From positions 25,316-89,315 of the forward strand of contig JAAYOM010000059.1 in assembly GCA_012520315.1 (NCBI GenBank): DNA of 64,000 bases, read 5' to 3'. Each line of letters opens with the position of its first letter. Position 1 is the first letter of the stretch. The notes beneath the pieces are model-generated. The model was not told the DNA's origin, ran no database searches, and saw only the letters and a program-made list of their open reading frames with translations. This document shows, in pieces, positions 35,327-43,976 of this stretch. Position numbers and translations under genes: made by a program. This DNA comes from Bacillota bacterium. GTDB taxonomy: Bacteria; Bacillota; Limnochordia; Darwinibacteriales; Darwinibacteriaceae.

Positions 35327-36352
35327 TTGGACTTGCGGGAACTAGAACAAGCTATTTATAGGGCAGGTTTCGATGCCTTTGCCATAATGCCTGCCAAGCC
35401 AGTTAGATACATGCTTCCCATCCTCAGGGAAGCTCAAGCGGAAGATCGCTATCCTGATTTCGTGGATCCTAAGATCGACAGGCGCATCGATCCGAAAAAC
35501 CTGCAAAAGAGCGCTAAAAGCATCATCTCACTGGCCGTATCGTATTACACAGGGGACCCTGGCAACTGTCCTCCCCTCCAGGGAACCGTTTCGCGCTCAG
35601 CTTGGGGAGTTGATTACCATCAAGTTCTGGGCCAGGGCATGGACATGGTAATTGATTACCTCAGGCAGAATCTTGGTGCTGTAACCTGTACGAAGGCAGT
35701 TGATACCAGTTTTCTCATTGATCGGGCCCTGGCAGTCGAGGCTGGGCTTGGTTATCCTGGCAAGAACTGTGCCGTCTATGTGCCGCCCTTTGGGTCCTGG
35801 GTGTTCCTAGGGGAGATTCTGGCAGATGTGGATCTGCCCCCCACCAAAGGAGACGACCAGAATAATTGGGCGTGCCCAGCCGGCTGCGACCGATGCATCC
35901 GGGCCTGTCCCACAAAGGCACTTTTTGCGCCAGGGAAAATTCAGCCTAAACGCTGCATTTCCTATCTCACCCAGATGTCTGGACCGATCCCTCTCGACTT
36001 GCGGGAAAAAATCGGCAGCAAATTATGGGGTTGTGATATCTGCCAGCAGGTGTGTCCTATTAATCAAAAAGCAAGTCCCAGCCCACACAGGGAGTTTGAG
36101 CCTGTCATCGGCCCCCACGTCGGCTTGGTACCGCTCTTGGATCTTACGAAAAAAGAATTTGCCGAGCAGTTCGGTCAAACCAGCATGGCTTGGCGGGGCA
36201 AAAATGTACTGGCCCGCAATGCCTGCATCATCCTTGGCAATCAAGGCCGGACTGAAGTTTTGCCGTTGCTTGAAAAAACAGCCCGTGAGCATCCTAGCCC
36301 GATTGTCCAGGATGCTGCAGCCTGGGCCGTAGATAAACTTAGCAAAAACTAA
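35327..36352 (+). CDS. queG: tRNA epoxyqueuosine(34) reductase
   Basis: Two ferredoxin-type clusters are present (CDRCIRACP and CDICQQVCP). The C-terminus is HEAT-like. The start is TTG with GGAG upstream. Confidence 0.9.
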   Translation: MDLRELEQAIYRAGFDAFAIMPAKPVRYMLPILREAQAEDRYPDFVDPKIDRRIDPKNLQKSAKSIISLAVSYYTGDPGNCPPLQGTVSRSAWGVDYHQVLGQGMDMVIDYLRQNLGAVTCTKAVDTSFLIDRALAVEAGLGYPGKNCAVYVPPFGSWVFLGEILADVDLPPTKGDDQNNWACPAGCDRCIRACPTKALFAPGKIQPKRCISYLTQMSGPIPLDLREKIGSKLWGCDICQQVCPINQKASPSPHREFEPVIGPHVGLVPLLDLTKKEFAEQFGQTSMAWRGKNVLARNACIILGNQGRTEVLPLLEKTAREHPSPIVQDAAAWAVDKLSKN

Positions 36353-37689
36353 TTGATGCTCTGGCTCGCCCTTTCCAGGGCCCGTTTGAGGTGCTCACCA
36401 TAGGGACCGTTCCGCTGGGTCGTAGACTCCAGTGCCTGTTCCAGGAATGTTACCGCCTCTTCCCCGCCATAACGGCCAATGGAGATTGCCATTTGAGCCT
36501 TTTCCTCGTTCTCCTCGGGATAATGATCAAACATTTCCCTCAGCAGATTCCATCTTCGCTTCGCAGGAGGTCCATGGGATAAGAAGAGGGCTAGATACGG
36601 CAACAGGGGAGAATCGCGATTTGCCCGAACGAAACGCCGTATGGCCGGCAGCTCCTTGCCGCCAAAGGACTTCAGCAAGCTCCAGCACTCGAAGTACAAG
36701 GGATCATCTGGATCAAGGTCAGCTAGAATCTCCAGGATCAGATCGCTCACTTCCACAAGAACCCAGCGATGGCAATACACGAGCAACCGCATGAGAAAGC
36801 TTGGGTCAATATCCGGATTCACGGCCCGGGCCCCTAGGATCATCAGAATTAGATCGACTGCCTGATCATCTGGCTCGACATCTATGTGTTCGAAACTGGT
36901 AAAAAGGCTTTCGAAGAAATAGTCATACTTGTCCTTATCAAGTACAGTGTTGAAATCTGTGTAACCAGAGCCCCCCTGACGGAAGTTCCGAAAGACGCCA
37001 AGGTCTGATACTATGTTCCCCTTCACTATTGTCCGTTTTTGCCGTTCGGTAGCAAGATCCTCCAGCGGGAAATTGTAGTAGGGGGTGACCCTGAAGTTGT
37101 TCATTAATGTCTGCAAACCCTGCATGACCACCTGAATGCGGGGATGGCTGACCTTCAGCCACATAGGCCTTAGGCGTGCCCCCCGCAGCATTTTTGCTCC
37201 TGCGCGCCCCAGCATCAGGTTGAGTTTTCCTTCAACATCGATGTCCCTTTGCCTCAGAACCTGATGGGCTTTTTGCAAGATCGTGTCTAGATCCTCATCA
37301 ACAGAATCATTGGCAGCGCTGTAGCACCGCATCATCTGCCCATAGGCCTGCATGCGTAAACGCGTCTGCATTCCTGCTCCCTGTAGGAAGTGATCCACCA
37401 CATACTGAATATCCAGGGGAAATTGGTACTTATTTAAATCAGTAAAGAGTCCGTCCACCAAACGCTGTACTTCTGCATCTGCTTCCTCCAGTTCCCGTTC
37501 TCCTTTGAGGGCTGCACTAAGCATGGCCACAACCGCCAGTAACTCTAGGGATGCACTGTAGGCAGCCAGCATTAAATCCCTTTCATAGAAGAACATGCTC
37601 TCCTTGATCTCAAGGCAGGCCGCGACAAACCCGTCTACTGTGGTAATCTCTGTGATTTCTTCCGTAAGTTCTTCATAGTCCCTCAGCAA
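36349..37689 (-). CDS. uncharacterised 446-aa all-helical protein, C-terminal part HEAT-repeat-like
   Basis: The ORF is long with coding-like composition. It starts at TTG 8 nt after a GAGGTGGG that overlaps the rnhA stop. I recognised no family motif. The C-terminus (LLPYLALFL...AISIGRYGGEEAVTFLEQAL) looks HEAT-like. Confidence 0.5.
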   Translation of the reverse strand: MLRDYEELTEEITEITTVDGFVAACLEIKESMFFYERDLMLAAYSASLELLAVVAMLSAALKGERELEEADAEVQRLVDGLFTDLNKYQFPLDIQYVVDHFLQGAGMQTRLRMQAYGQMMRCYSAANDSVDEDLDTILQKAHQVLRQRDIDVEGKLNLMLGRAGAKMLRGARLRPMWLKVSHPRIQVVMQGLQTLMNNFRVTPYYNFPLEDLATERQKRTIVKGNIVSDLGVFRNFRQGGSGYTDFNTVLDKDKYDYFFESLFTSFEHIDVEPDDQAVDLILMILGARAVNPDIDPSFLMRLLVYCHRWVLVEVSDLILEILADLDPDDPLYFECWSLLKSFGGKELPAIRRFVRANRDSPLLPYLALFLSHGPPAKRRWNLLREMFDHYPEENEEKAQMAISIGRYGGEEAVTFLEQALESTTQRNGPYGEHLKRALERASQSIN

Positions 37690-37704
37690 TACAGCATCCC
37701 ACCT

Positions 37705-38145
37705 CTATCCTTTGGTTTCAATAGCACCCCGGGCCAGCGCATCGCAACGATTATTAAGCTTATTATCACTGTGGCCCTTAACTTTAATCCACTTAATATC
37801 ATGAACTTGGCTCAAATCGATTAACCTGCGCCAAAGATCAGCATTGCTCACCGGCTGTTTTCTCGCATTGAGCCAGCCGTTTCTTTCCCAATTTTCAATC
37901 CAGCCCTGGGTGAAAGCGTTGACTAAGTAGGCGCTGTCTGAGTGTAATTTCACTTTGCAGGGCTTCTTTAAGCTCGCAAGAGCCTCAATGGCTGCCAAGA
38001 GCTCCATGCGTTGGTTGGTGGTTTCCTCACTGAACCCGGACAGTTCCTTTTCATGCTTGCCATACATTAATATGGCTCCCCAGCCCCCTGGCCCAGGATT
38101 GCCGCTGCATGCTCCATCTGTGTAAATGGTCACTTCCGGTTTCAT
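37705..38145 (-). CDS. rnhA: ribonuclease HI
   Basis: Motifs IYTDGACSGNPGPGGWG, TNQRMELLAAIEAL and SDSAYLVN are present. I placed the start at ATG 38145 (MKPEVT); the track start is further upstream. Confidence 0.9.
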   Translation of the reverse strand: MKPEVTIYTDGACSGNPGPGGWGAILMYGKHEKELSGFSEETTNQRMELLAAIEALASLKKPCKVKLHSDSAYLVNAFTQGWIENWERNGWLNARKQPVSNADLWRRLIDLSQVHDIKWIKVKGHSDNKLNNRCDALARGAIETKG

Positions 38146-38187
38146 GTCCGTCACTGCCTTCCTGCTAACCCGCTGCAGCCCCTTTAT

Positions 38188-38216
38188 TTGGCACATTCGG
38201 GATAAAATGATACAAT
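38188..38216 (+). promoter_or_regulatory. candidate sigma-A promoter for the RING-like membrane protein gene
   Basis: TTGGCA (38188-38193), a 17-nt spacer ending in TGa, and TACAAT (38211-38216), 48 nt upstream of ATG 38264. Confidence 0.5.
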
Positions 38217-38263
38217 ATTAATCATATCATACTATACATTTTTCTGTATTTGGAGAGAGAATA

Positions 38264-39031
38264 ATGAAGGGTAATCTTGAAAAAATAACTAGAGGTACAG
38301 AACATCTTGGACAAAGCTGTGTTTTCTGTCAACAGGATATTCAGGCCGAAGATGAGGTCATAGCTTGTCCCCGCTGCCGCAGCCCACATCACGTTCATTG
38401 CTGGAAAGACAAGGGCGGATGCGGCAAGACGGGATGTCCCCAAGTGGCCCAGGCTGTTCGGGGCGAGCGTCCCCAAGGGGATGGTCCCCCTCCGCCTATC
38501 TCCAGGAAGGTAATTGCCCTGGGCGTTGTGGCCATAGCTGCTATTATTCTGGCCTTTATCTTCTGGCCAAAGCCCCCTGACCCCGCCATGGGCCGAGCCA
38601 AGGTCGTTTTTATGGGGGAGGCCTACTTTGAGCTGAGCGAAGCTTTGACCGAACTTGCAAAAGAGTATAATGCCACGAGTGAAACAACCTATATTGACTT
38701 GCAGCTGCTTCCGCCAGGGGCTATGGATACAAAACTGATCGTACTGATCGCTGCCAATGAAGCACCGGATGTCATGGCTATCGATGACGATCGCTTCGCC
38801 TACTTTCTTGAAAACGATGTACTGCTGCCCTTGGGCGAAGATGAATCCGGCGAACCAATTTACGGAATGCAGCATCCGGCCCAGCTGACCAAATTGGTAG
38901 TGTGGAGTGACACTGACCATCCGCAGCAGGCATTAGAAGTATTACACTATTTCGTGGATCACATTCCCCCTCTGGATCTGAATCTGCTCAGGGAACTGGA
39001 AAGCCAGCCCTGGCCCTTCGGGATAGAGTAA
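38264..39031 (+). CDS. membrane protein: N-terminal prokaryotic RING-like zinc finger, one TM, short solute-binding-protein-like ectodomain
   Basis: The Cys/His pattern is CVFCQQDIQAEDEVIACPRCRSPHHVHCWKDKGGCGKTGC. The TM is VIALGVVAIAAIILAFIFW. The ectodomain (KVVFMGEAY...LIAANEAPDVMAIDDDRFAYFLENDVLLPL) resembles the first lobe of a family-1 SBP. A GGAGAGAG RBS is present. Confidence 0.55.
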   Translation: MKGNLEKITRGTEHLGQSCVFCQQDIQAEDEVIACPRCRSPHHVHCWKDKGGCGKTGCPQVAQAVRGERPQGDGPPPPISRKVIALGVVAIAAIILAFIFWPKPPDPAMGRAKVVFMGEAYFELSEALTELAKEYNATSETTYIDLQLLPPGAMDTKLIVLIAANEAPDVMAIDDDRFAYFLENDVLLPLGEDESGEPIYGMQHPAQLTKLVVWSDTDHPQQALEVLHYFVDHIPPLDLNLLRELESQPWPFGIE

Positions 39032-39036
39032 GATCC

Positions 39037-39068
39037 AAAAGAAGCCTTGGTCTAAGGCTTCTTTTTTG
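39037..39068. terminator. bidirectional rho-independent terminator between the convergent RING-like gene and lemA
   Basis: A 12-bp stem (AAAAGAAGCCTT / AAGGCTTCTTTT) with a 5-nt loop has T runs on both strands. Confidence 0.6.
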
Positions 39069-39091
39069 TCAGTCTACTTCCATTGGGGGAG

Positions 39092-39655
39092 CTAAAATTC
39101 AACCTGCGGTACTTCCCTAGCTCCAGGGGCTACCTCAAAGAACGACTTGGTCTCGAAACCCATCAGGCCCGCGAATAATCTGGTAGGGAACTGTCTAATT
39201 GTGGTATTCCAGCTTTGCACAGACTGGTTAAAACGCATCCGCTCAGTCGCGATCCGGTTTTCTGTCCCTGCCAGCTCATCCTGGAGTCGGATAAAGCTTG
39301 TGTCTGCTTTAAGCTCAGGATAGGCTTCGCTGATGGCCAGGAGCCTGCCTAGGGCTGAGTCCAGTCCCTGGTTGGCCTCCATCTGTGCCTCAGGGGTTCT
39401 GGCCCCAAGCAGACGGGAACGTGCCTCAGCTACATCGGCAAACACTTGTTCTTCATGGCTGGCGTAGCCTCTCACCGTGTTGACCAAGTTTGGAATTAAG
39501 TCTGCCCTTCTTTGCAGCTGGTTTTCAACTTGCGCCCAATTGCCTTCTACGGTTTGCTCCAGTGCTATGAGCTGGTTGTAACGTTTGACCACACTGCTGC
39601 CCAAAAGTAAGATGATTACTGCAACAACAATTAGAACTACGGTGCCTCTTTTCAT
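39092..39655 (-). CDS. lemA: LemA family protein
   Basis: The 187-aa product has an N-terminal TM and typical LemA sequence (YNQLIALEQTVEGNWAQVENQLQRRADLIPNLV, AGTENRIATERMRFN). Confidence 0.9.
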   Translation of the reverse strand: MKRGTVVLIVVAVIILLLGSSVVKRYNQLIALEQTVEGNWAQVENQLQRRADLIPNLVNTVRGYASHEEQVFADVAEARSRLLGARTPEAQMEANQGLDSALGRLLAISEAYPELKADTSFIRLQDELAGTENRIATERMRFNQSVQSWNTTIRQFPTRLFAGLMGFETKSFFEVAPGAREVPQVEF

Positions 39656-39676
39656 TCCTTCACGCTCCTTTTCAGT

Positions 39677-40444
39677 TTAAAACCGTCGGCCTGCCCCTCC
39701 GCCGCCGCTGCGTCCTCCGCCAAAACCGCCGGAAGGTCTCGAACCGCCGCCTATTCCACCACCAAAGCCGCCGCCTCGTGGCATGCGAGTGACTATAACC
39801 GGACCGCGCCGTGAACCTCCGCCGCCTACACCACCGGACCCACCTGGCGGGTACCGCCTGCCTCTGCGCATTAAGACAATAATCAAGACAAAGATAGCAA
39901 AGGAAAGGAACCAACCGGAACCTGGCTCCTTCTCTTCTACTATTTCATACTTCTCGCCAGCCAAGATATTTGCATAGGCCACAGCCATAGCCGACAATCC
40001 AGCTCCATACTCCTTGTTGCGAAAATGGGGCAGCCCCTCCTGGTCAATTACCGCACCAACCAGTCCATCCGGTAAGACTCCCTCCAGGCCATAGCCTGGT
40101 TCAACTTCGATGGCGCCTTCCGCTACTGCCAGGAGCATCAAAAGCCCGCTGTCCTCCGGCCCGCCCACCCCCCATTCATTAAAGAGGGCTGTTGTATATT
40201 CCTTAGGCTCCATGGGTTCAGTTGTTGGTACCGTGACCACAGCTAAACCAATGCCCTGCTCTTTCCATAACTTTTCCCCGAGGAGCTGCATCTCAGCTTT
40301 ACTGCGCTGATCCAAGACATTGGCAAAATCATTGACAAAACCCTGATGGGCTGGGAAAGCTGCAGCTGCTTGACCGGTTAAGAGCAATAACAGAGCAAAA
40401 ATAACACTCATTCCAAGATATCTTCGACTGTGTTGCATAGACAA
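39677..40444 (-). CDS. TPM-domain (YgcG-like) protein with TM and Gly/Arg-rich tail
   Basis: A signal peptide precedes the TPM motif GFVNDFANVL...LAVVTVP. A TM follows, then the tail GGSGGVGGGGSRRG...GGFGGGRSGGGGAGRRF. Confidence 0.8.
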   Translation of the reverse strand: MSMQHSRRYLGMSVIFALLLLLTGQAAAAFPAHQGFVNDFANVLDQRSKAEMQLLGEKLWKEQGIGLAVVTVPTTEPMEPKEYTTALFNEWGVGGPEDSGLLMLLAVAEGAIEVEPGYGLEGVLPDGLVGAVIDQEGLPHFRNKEYGAGLSAMAVAYANILAGEKYEIVEEKEPGSGWFLSFAIFVLIIVLMRRGRRYPPGGSGGVGGGGSRRGPVIVTRMPRGGGFGGGIGGGSRPSGGFGGGRSGGGGAGRRF

Positions 40445-40449
40445 TTAGT

Positions 40450-41019
40450 TCACCTCATTCGACGGAGCGATTCACCGTGGCGCCCGAGAAACTCCCCAAG
40501 GCCGTAGTAGCTGCCAAAGCCATAGACTATGGGATCAGCTGCCGCTAGGTCAAAACGGCCGTCCACTGTAAATTCTTCGCTGTAATGCACCCAGACAACC
40601 TCTCCCAAAAACAAGTCATGGCTCCCTAAAGGAATAACTTGCAGGACGCGGCATTCGATATTAACAGGGCATTCAGCAATCAGGGGGGCCCGGATCAGAT
40701 TGCCAGGCAAAGCCGTAAATCCGCACTCGTTAAACTTATCATATTCTCGACCGCTAATTGTACCACAGGTATCAACGAGCTCCATTTGGCTAGCCGTGGG
40801 TACGTTTACTACAAATCCGCCCGATTCTTTAATTATATCATAGGAATAACGCGCTGGACGAATTCCCAGGCTAATAATTGCCGGATCTGAACAGGCAATG
40901 CCAGCCCACGCCAGGGTGATGATGTTGGCGGAACCCGTACTTTGACAGCTCACCAAGACCGGGGGTACAGGATAAAGCCATGTGCCAGGCGGTCTGGTTA
41001 TTTTCATGGTCACAGTCAC
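40450..41019 (-). CDS. flavin reductase-like (FMN-binding split barrel) protein
   Basis: The 189-aa product contains NIITLAWAGIA...GIRPARYSYDIIKESGGFVVNVP. Confidence 0.8.
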   Translation of the reverse strand: MTVTMKITRPPGTWLYPVPPVLVSCQSTGSANIITLAWAGIACSDPAIISLGIRPARYSYDIIKESGGFVVNVPTASQMELVDTCGTISGREYDKFNECGFTALPGNLIRAPLIAECPVNIECRVLQVIPLGSHDLFLGEVVWVHYSEEFTVDGRFDLAAADPIVYGFGSYYGLGEFLGRHGESLRRMR

Positions 41020-41654
41020 TCCCTATCTGCAATCGCATGATAAACTTCTTCTCCATCGGCCCAGATGAATTCATTGGCCGTATACTCTTGAACATTTTGG
41101 CGCAGTACGTCAACCTCGTCCGGAAAGGCCAAGATATTGAAGGTTACCTGCTCCAGATATTCTATATCAACAATCTTTATGCCTTGCGTAAGCAGTTCAT
41201 TTTGAATCTTGCCTGAATGATTATAATCAACCGTAATCCCAATTTTCCTGGCCGGAACCATGCACACAATACCTGCTGCCCGCAACGCCTCGCGCACTGC
41301 TCCACCGTAAGCGCGAATCAAGCCGCCTCGTCCCAAAAGGGTGCCTCCAAAATACCGGGTGACCACTGCCACACAGTCAACCACCTCATGGTTTTTTAGG
41401 GCTTCCAGCATGGGAAGGCCTGCAGTACCGCTTGGTTCGTTATCATCACTATATTTCTGAACCTCTTGATTAATACCAATGATATAGGCGGGAACGTTGT
41501 GGGTGGCATTCCAATGTTTCTTGCGGATCTCTTCAATAAAAGCCTCCGCTTCTTCCTGGGTCTGTACAGGTTTAATGCGTGCTATGAACTTAGACTTTTT
41601 CTCAATCAGCGTAATCTCCGCTTCTTTCGCAACTGTCTTGTACTCAACAAGCAT
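41016..41654 (-). CDS. yigZ: YigZ / IMPACT-family protein (UPF0029)
   Basis: Motifs KSKFIARI, ATHNVPAYIIG and SDDNEPSGTAGLPML are present. Confidence 0.85.
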   Translation of the reverse strand: MLVEYKTVAKEAEITLIEKKSKFIARIKPVQTQEEAEAFIEEIRKKHWNATHNVPAYIIGINQEVQKYSDDNEPSGTAGLPMLEALKNHEVVDCVAVVTRYFGGTLLGRGGLIRAYGGAVREALRAAGIVCMVPARKIGITVDYNHSGKIQNELLTQGIKIVDIEYLEQVTFNILAFPDEVDVLRQNVQEYTANEFIWADGEEVYHAIADRE

Positions 41655-41737
41655 TCTACCACCTCGAGATAGTGTTCCACATCCTTTTGCATCTTCCTTC
41701 CCTTTCTGCTATTCTAATCTAGAAGAGGAGGATCTGC

Positions 41738-43897
41738 ATGGACATATTCAAACAAATTGCTGCGGAATTAGGCATCAGGCCTCATCAGGTTGAACAAACG
41801 GTAGCGCTGCTCGATGAAGGCAATACCATACCTTTTATTGCCCGCTACCGTAAGGAGGCCACCGGAGAGCTCGACGAGACGGTAATTAGAGACTTGGCAG
41901 AACGCCTTACCTACCTGCGCAACCTAGAGGAACGCAAAGCCGAGGTCACCAGGCTGATCGATGCCCAGGACAAACTGACGCCAGAACTTACGACAGCCAT
42001 TCTCAGCGCTGCCACACTGCAGGAACTGGATGATCTCTATCGTCCTTACCGGCCTAAGAGAAGAACGAGGGCATCAATTGCGAAAGACAAAGGCTTAGAG
42101 CCTCTAGCCCTCAAACTCTTGGAACAAGGTGCTGAAGACCCAGAAACACTGGCCAAAGCATTTTTGGGTGAAGATGTGCCGACTGCCGAAGGTGCTCTCC
42201 AGGGAGCCCAGGATATTCTGGCGGAACAGTTCACAGATGATCCGGCCAATCGGGCGAGAATCCGCAAGTTTACATATGATACAGGACTGTTGGTGAGCGA
42301 AAAAGCAGATGAAGAAGTGCCGGAAGCCAAGGAGTTTCAAATGTACTTCGATTATTTTGAAGATGTAGCAAAGATTCCGCCCCACCGCATCCTAGCGATC
42401 AATCGCGGTGAGCGTTTGAATGCATTGAAAGTGAAAATTCAGGTAGATGCGGACAAGGTCTATGCCCTTTTAAGTGAGGAAATCATCAAGGATAGTACTT
42501 CTCCTGCACTGCCCTACCTTCGGGAGGCTATCACTGATGGCTACAGCAGATTATTGGCCCCCAGCTTAGAACGGGACATTCGCCGCACCCTGACTGAGAA
42601 AGCAGAAGAGCATGCCATCCAGATCTTCGCTAAGAATCTGCGGGACCTGCTGATGCAAAGTCCAGTTCGTGGCCACCGGGTTCTAGGCATCGATCCAGCG
42701 TTTCGCACAGGCTGCAAGGTTGTGGCGGTCAGTGAGTTTGGCGATCTCTTAGAGCATACCACAATCTATCCCCATGAACCCCAGAAACGCTGGGACGAAG
42801 CCCTCAAAACACTGAAGTCTCTGGTGGATAAGTACAGCCTGTCGCTGATCACCATCGGCAACGGAACAGCTAGCCGCGAAACAGAACAGCTGGCAGCGGA
42901 ACTGATCAGGGAACACAAACCCAAGCTGCAGTACCTGGTTATCAATGAAGCAGGCGCCTCGGTTTATTCTGCCTCGGATCTGGCCAGAGAGGAGTTTCCT
43001 AATTTGGACGTATCCATACGGGGGGCAGTTTCCATCGCCCGCAGAGTGCAGGATCCACTGGCAGAGCTGGTGAAAATAGATCCAAAATCAATTGGCGTAG
43101 GGCAGTATCAGCATGATGTGAACCAAAAGGAGCTGGCCAATACTCTGGACCAGGTGGTAGAAAGCTGCGTAAACCACGTTGGGGTAGAACTTAACACTGC
43201 CTCTGGCGCACTGCTTAGTCATGTCTCCGGCCTGTCCGCCAGGGTGGCAAATAACATTGTCGACTACCGGAGTACGAACGGAATCTTCAAGACCCGTTCT
43301 GAACTGAAAAACGTCAAGGGATTAGGGCCTAAGTCATTTGAACAGGCTGCAGGCTTTCTGCGGATCGCCAATGGTTCCCGTCCGCTGGACAACACAGCAG
43401 TCCATCCCGAATCCTATCCTCTAGCGCAGATGATTCTGGCCCAAATCGGTTACAGCGAACAGGATCTAGCAGACCGAGACACACTAGTCCAAATTCGGGA
43501 GCGGCTGAAAACCCTCAACGCCAAACAGGTAGCCGAAAACCTGGAGGCTGGGGAACCGACGGTGCGGGACATTATCGATTCCCTCAGCCAGCCGGGCAGA
43601 GATCCCAGGGATGAACTTCCCCCGCCGCTCTTTAGAGCAGACGTGCTTAGCATGGAAGATTTAAGACCCGGAATGATCTTAAAGGGAACAGTACAAAATG
43701 TAGTGGATTTTGGAGCTTTTGTGGATATAGGGGTAAAGAAGGCAGGCCTCGTGCATATTTCACAGCTCAGTGACCGTTATGTTCGCCACCCTACCGATGT
43801 TGTCCAGGTAGGTGACATTGTCACAGTACGCATTTTAAACGTAGAGCCAACACTGGAAAGAATCAGCCTAAGCATGAAGACAGAGCAGTCACATTAA
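41738..43897 (+). CDS. tex: Tex-like transcription accessory protein with C-terminal S1 domain
   Basis: The 719-aa product has IPFIARYRKE, a YqgF-like centre and a C-terminal S1 domain (GTVQNVVDFGAFVDIGVKKAGLVHISQL). Confidence 0.9.
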   Translation: MDIFKQIAAELGIRPHQVEQTVALLDEGNTIPFIARYRKEATGELDETVIRDLAERLTYLRNLEERKAEVTRLIDAQDKLTPELTTAILSAATLQELDDLYRPYRPKRRTRASIAKDKGLEPLALKLLEQGAEDPETLAKAFLGEDVPTAEGALQGAQDILAEQFTDDPANRARIRKFTYDTGLLVSEKADEEVPEAKEFQMYFDYFEDVAKIPPHRILAINRGERLNALKVKIQVDADKVYALLSEEIIKDSTSPALPYLREAITDGYSRLLAPSLERDIRRTLTEKAEEHAIQIFAKNLRDLLMQSPVRGHRVLGIDPAFRTGCKVVAVSEFGDLLEHTTIYPHEPQKRWDEALKTLKSLVDKYSLSLITIGNGTASRETEQLAAELIREHKPKLQYLVINEAGASVYSASDLAREEFPNLDVSIRGAVSIARRVQDPLAELVKIDPKSIGVGQYQHDVNQKELANTLDQVVESCVNHVGVELNTASGALLSHVSGLSARVANNIVDYRSTNGIFKTRSELKNVKGLGPKSFEQAAGFLRIANGSRPLDNTAVHPESYPLAQMILAQIGYSEQDLADRDTLVQIRERLKTLNAKQVAENLEAGEPTVRDIIDSLSQPGRDPRDELPPPLFRADVLSMEDLRPGMILKGTVQNVVDFGAFVDIGVKKAGLVHISQLSDRYVRHPTDVVQVGDIVTVRILNVEPTLERISLSMKTEQSH

Positions 43898-43901
43898 GCA
43901 A

Positions 43902-43955
43902 AAGGGCTGCTGCATCAGAACGAAGTATGTTCTGCCTGCAGCAGCCCCTTTTTCT
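43902..43955. terminator. bidirectional terminator between the convergent tex and nfnB genes
   Basis: An 11-bp stem (GGGCTGCTGCA / TGCAGCAGCCC) is flanked by AAAA on the left and CTTTTTCT on the right. Confidence 0.65.
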
Positions 43956-43976
43956 AGCATGTCAAATGACTACCTG

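Noticed and set aside
38222-38920. 232-aa minus-strand ORF overlapping the RING-like gene
   Set aside because: The plus-strand ORF has an RBS, a promoter, a terminator, a Cys/His motif and a clean TM helix. The minus-strand translation shows none of these.
39672-39914. 80-aa Arg-rich minus-strand ORF
   Set aside because: It is an alternative minus-strand reading frame of the GC-rich Gly/Arg-tail DNA at the end of the TPM gene, so it is an artefact of low-complexity sequence.
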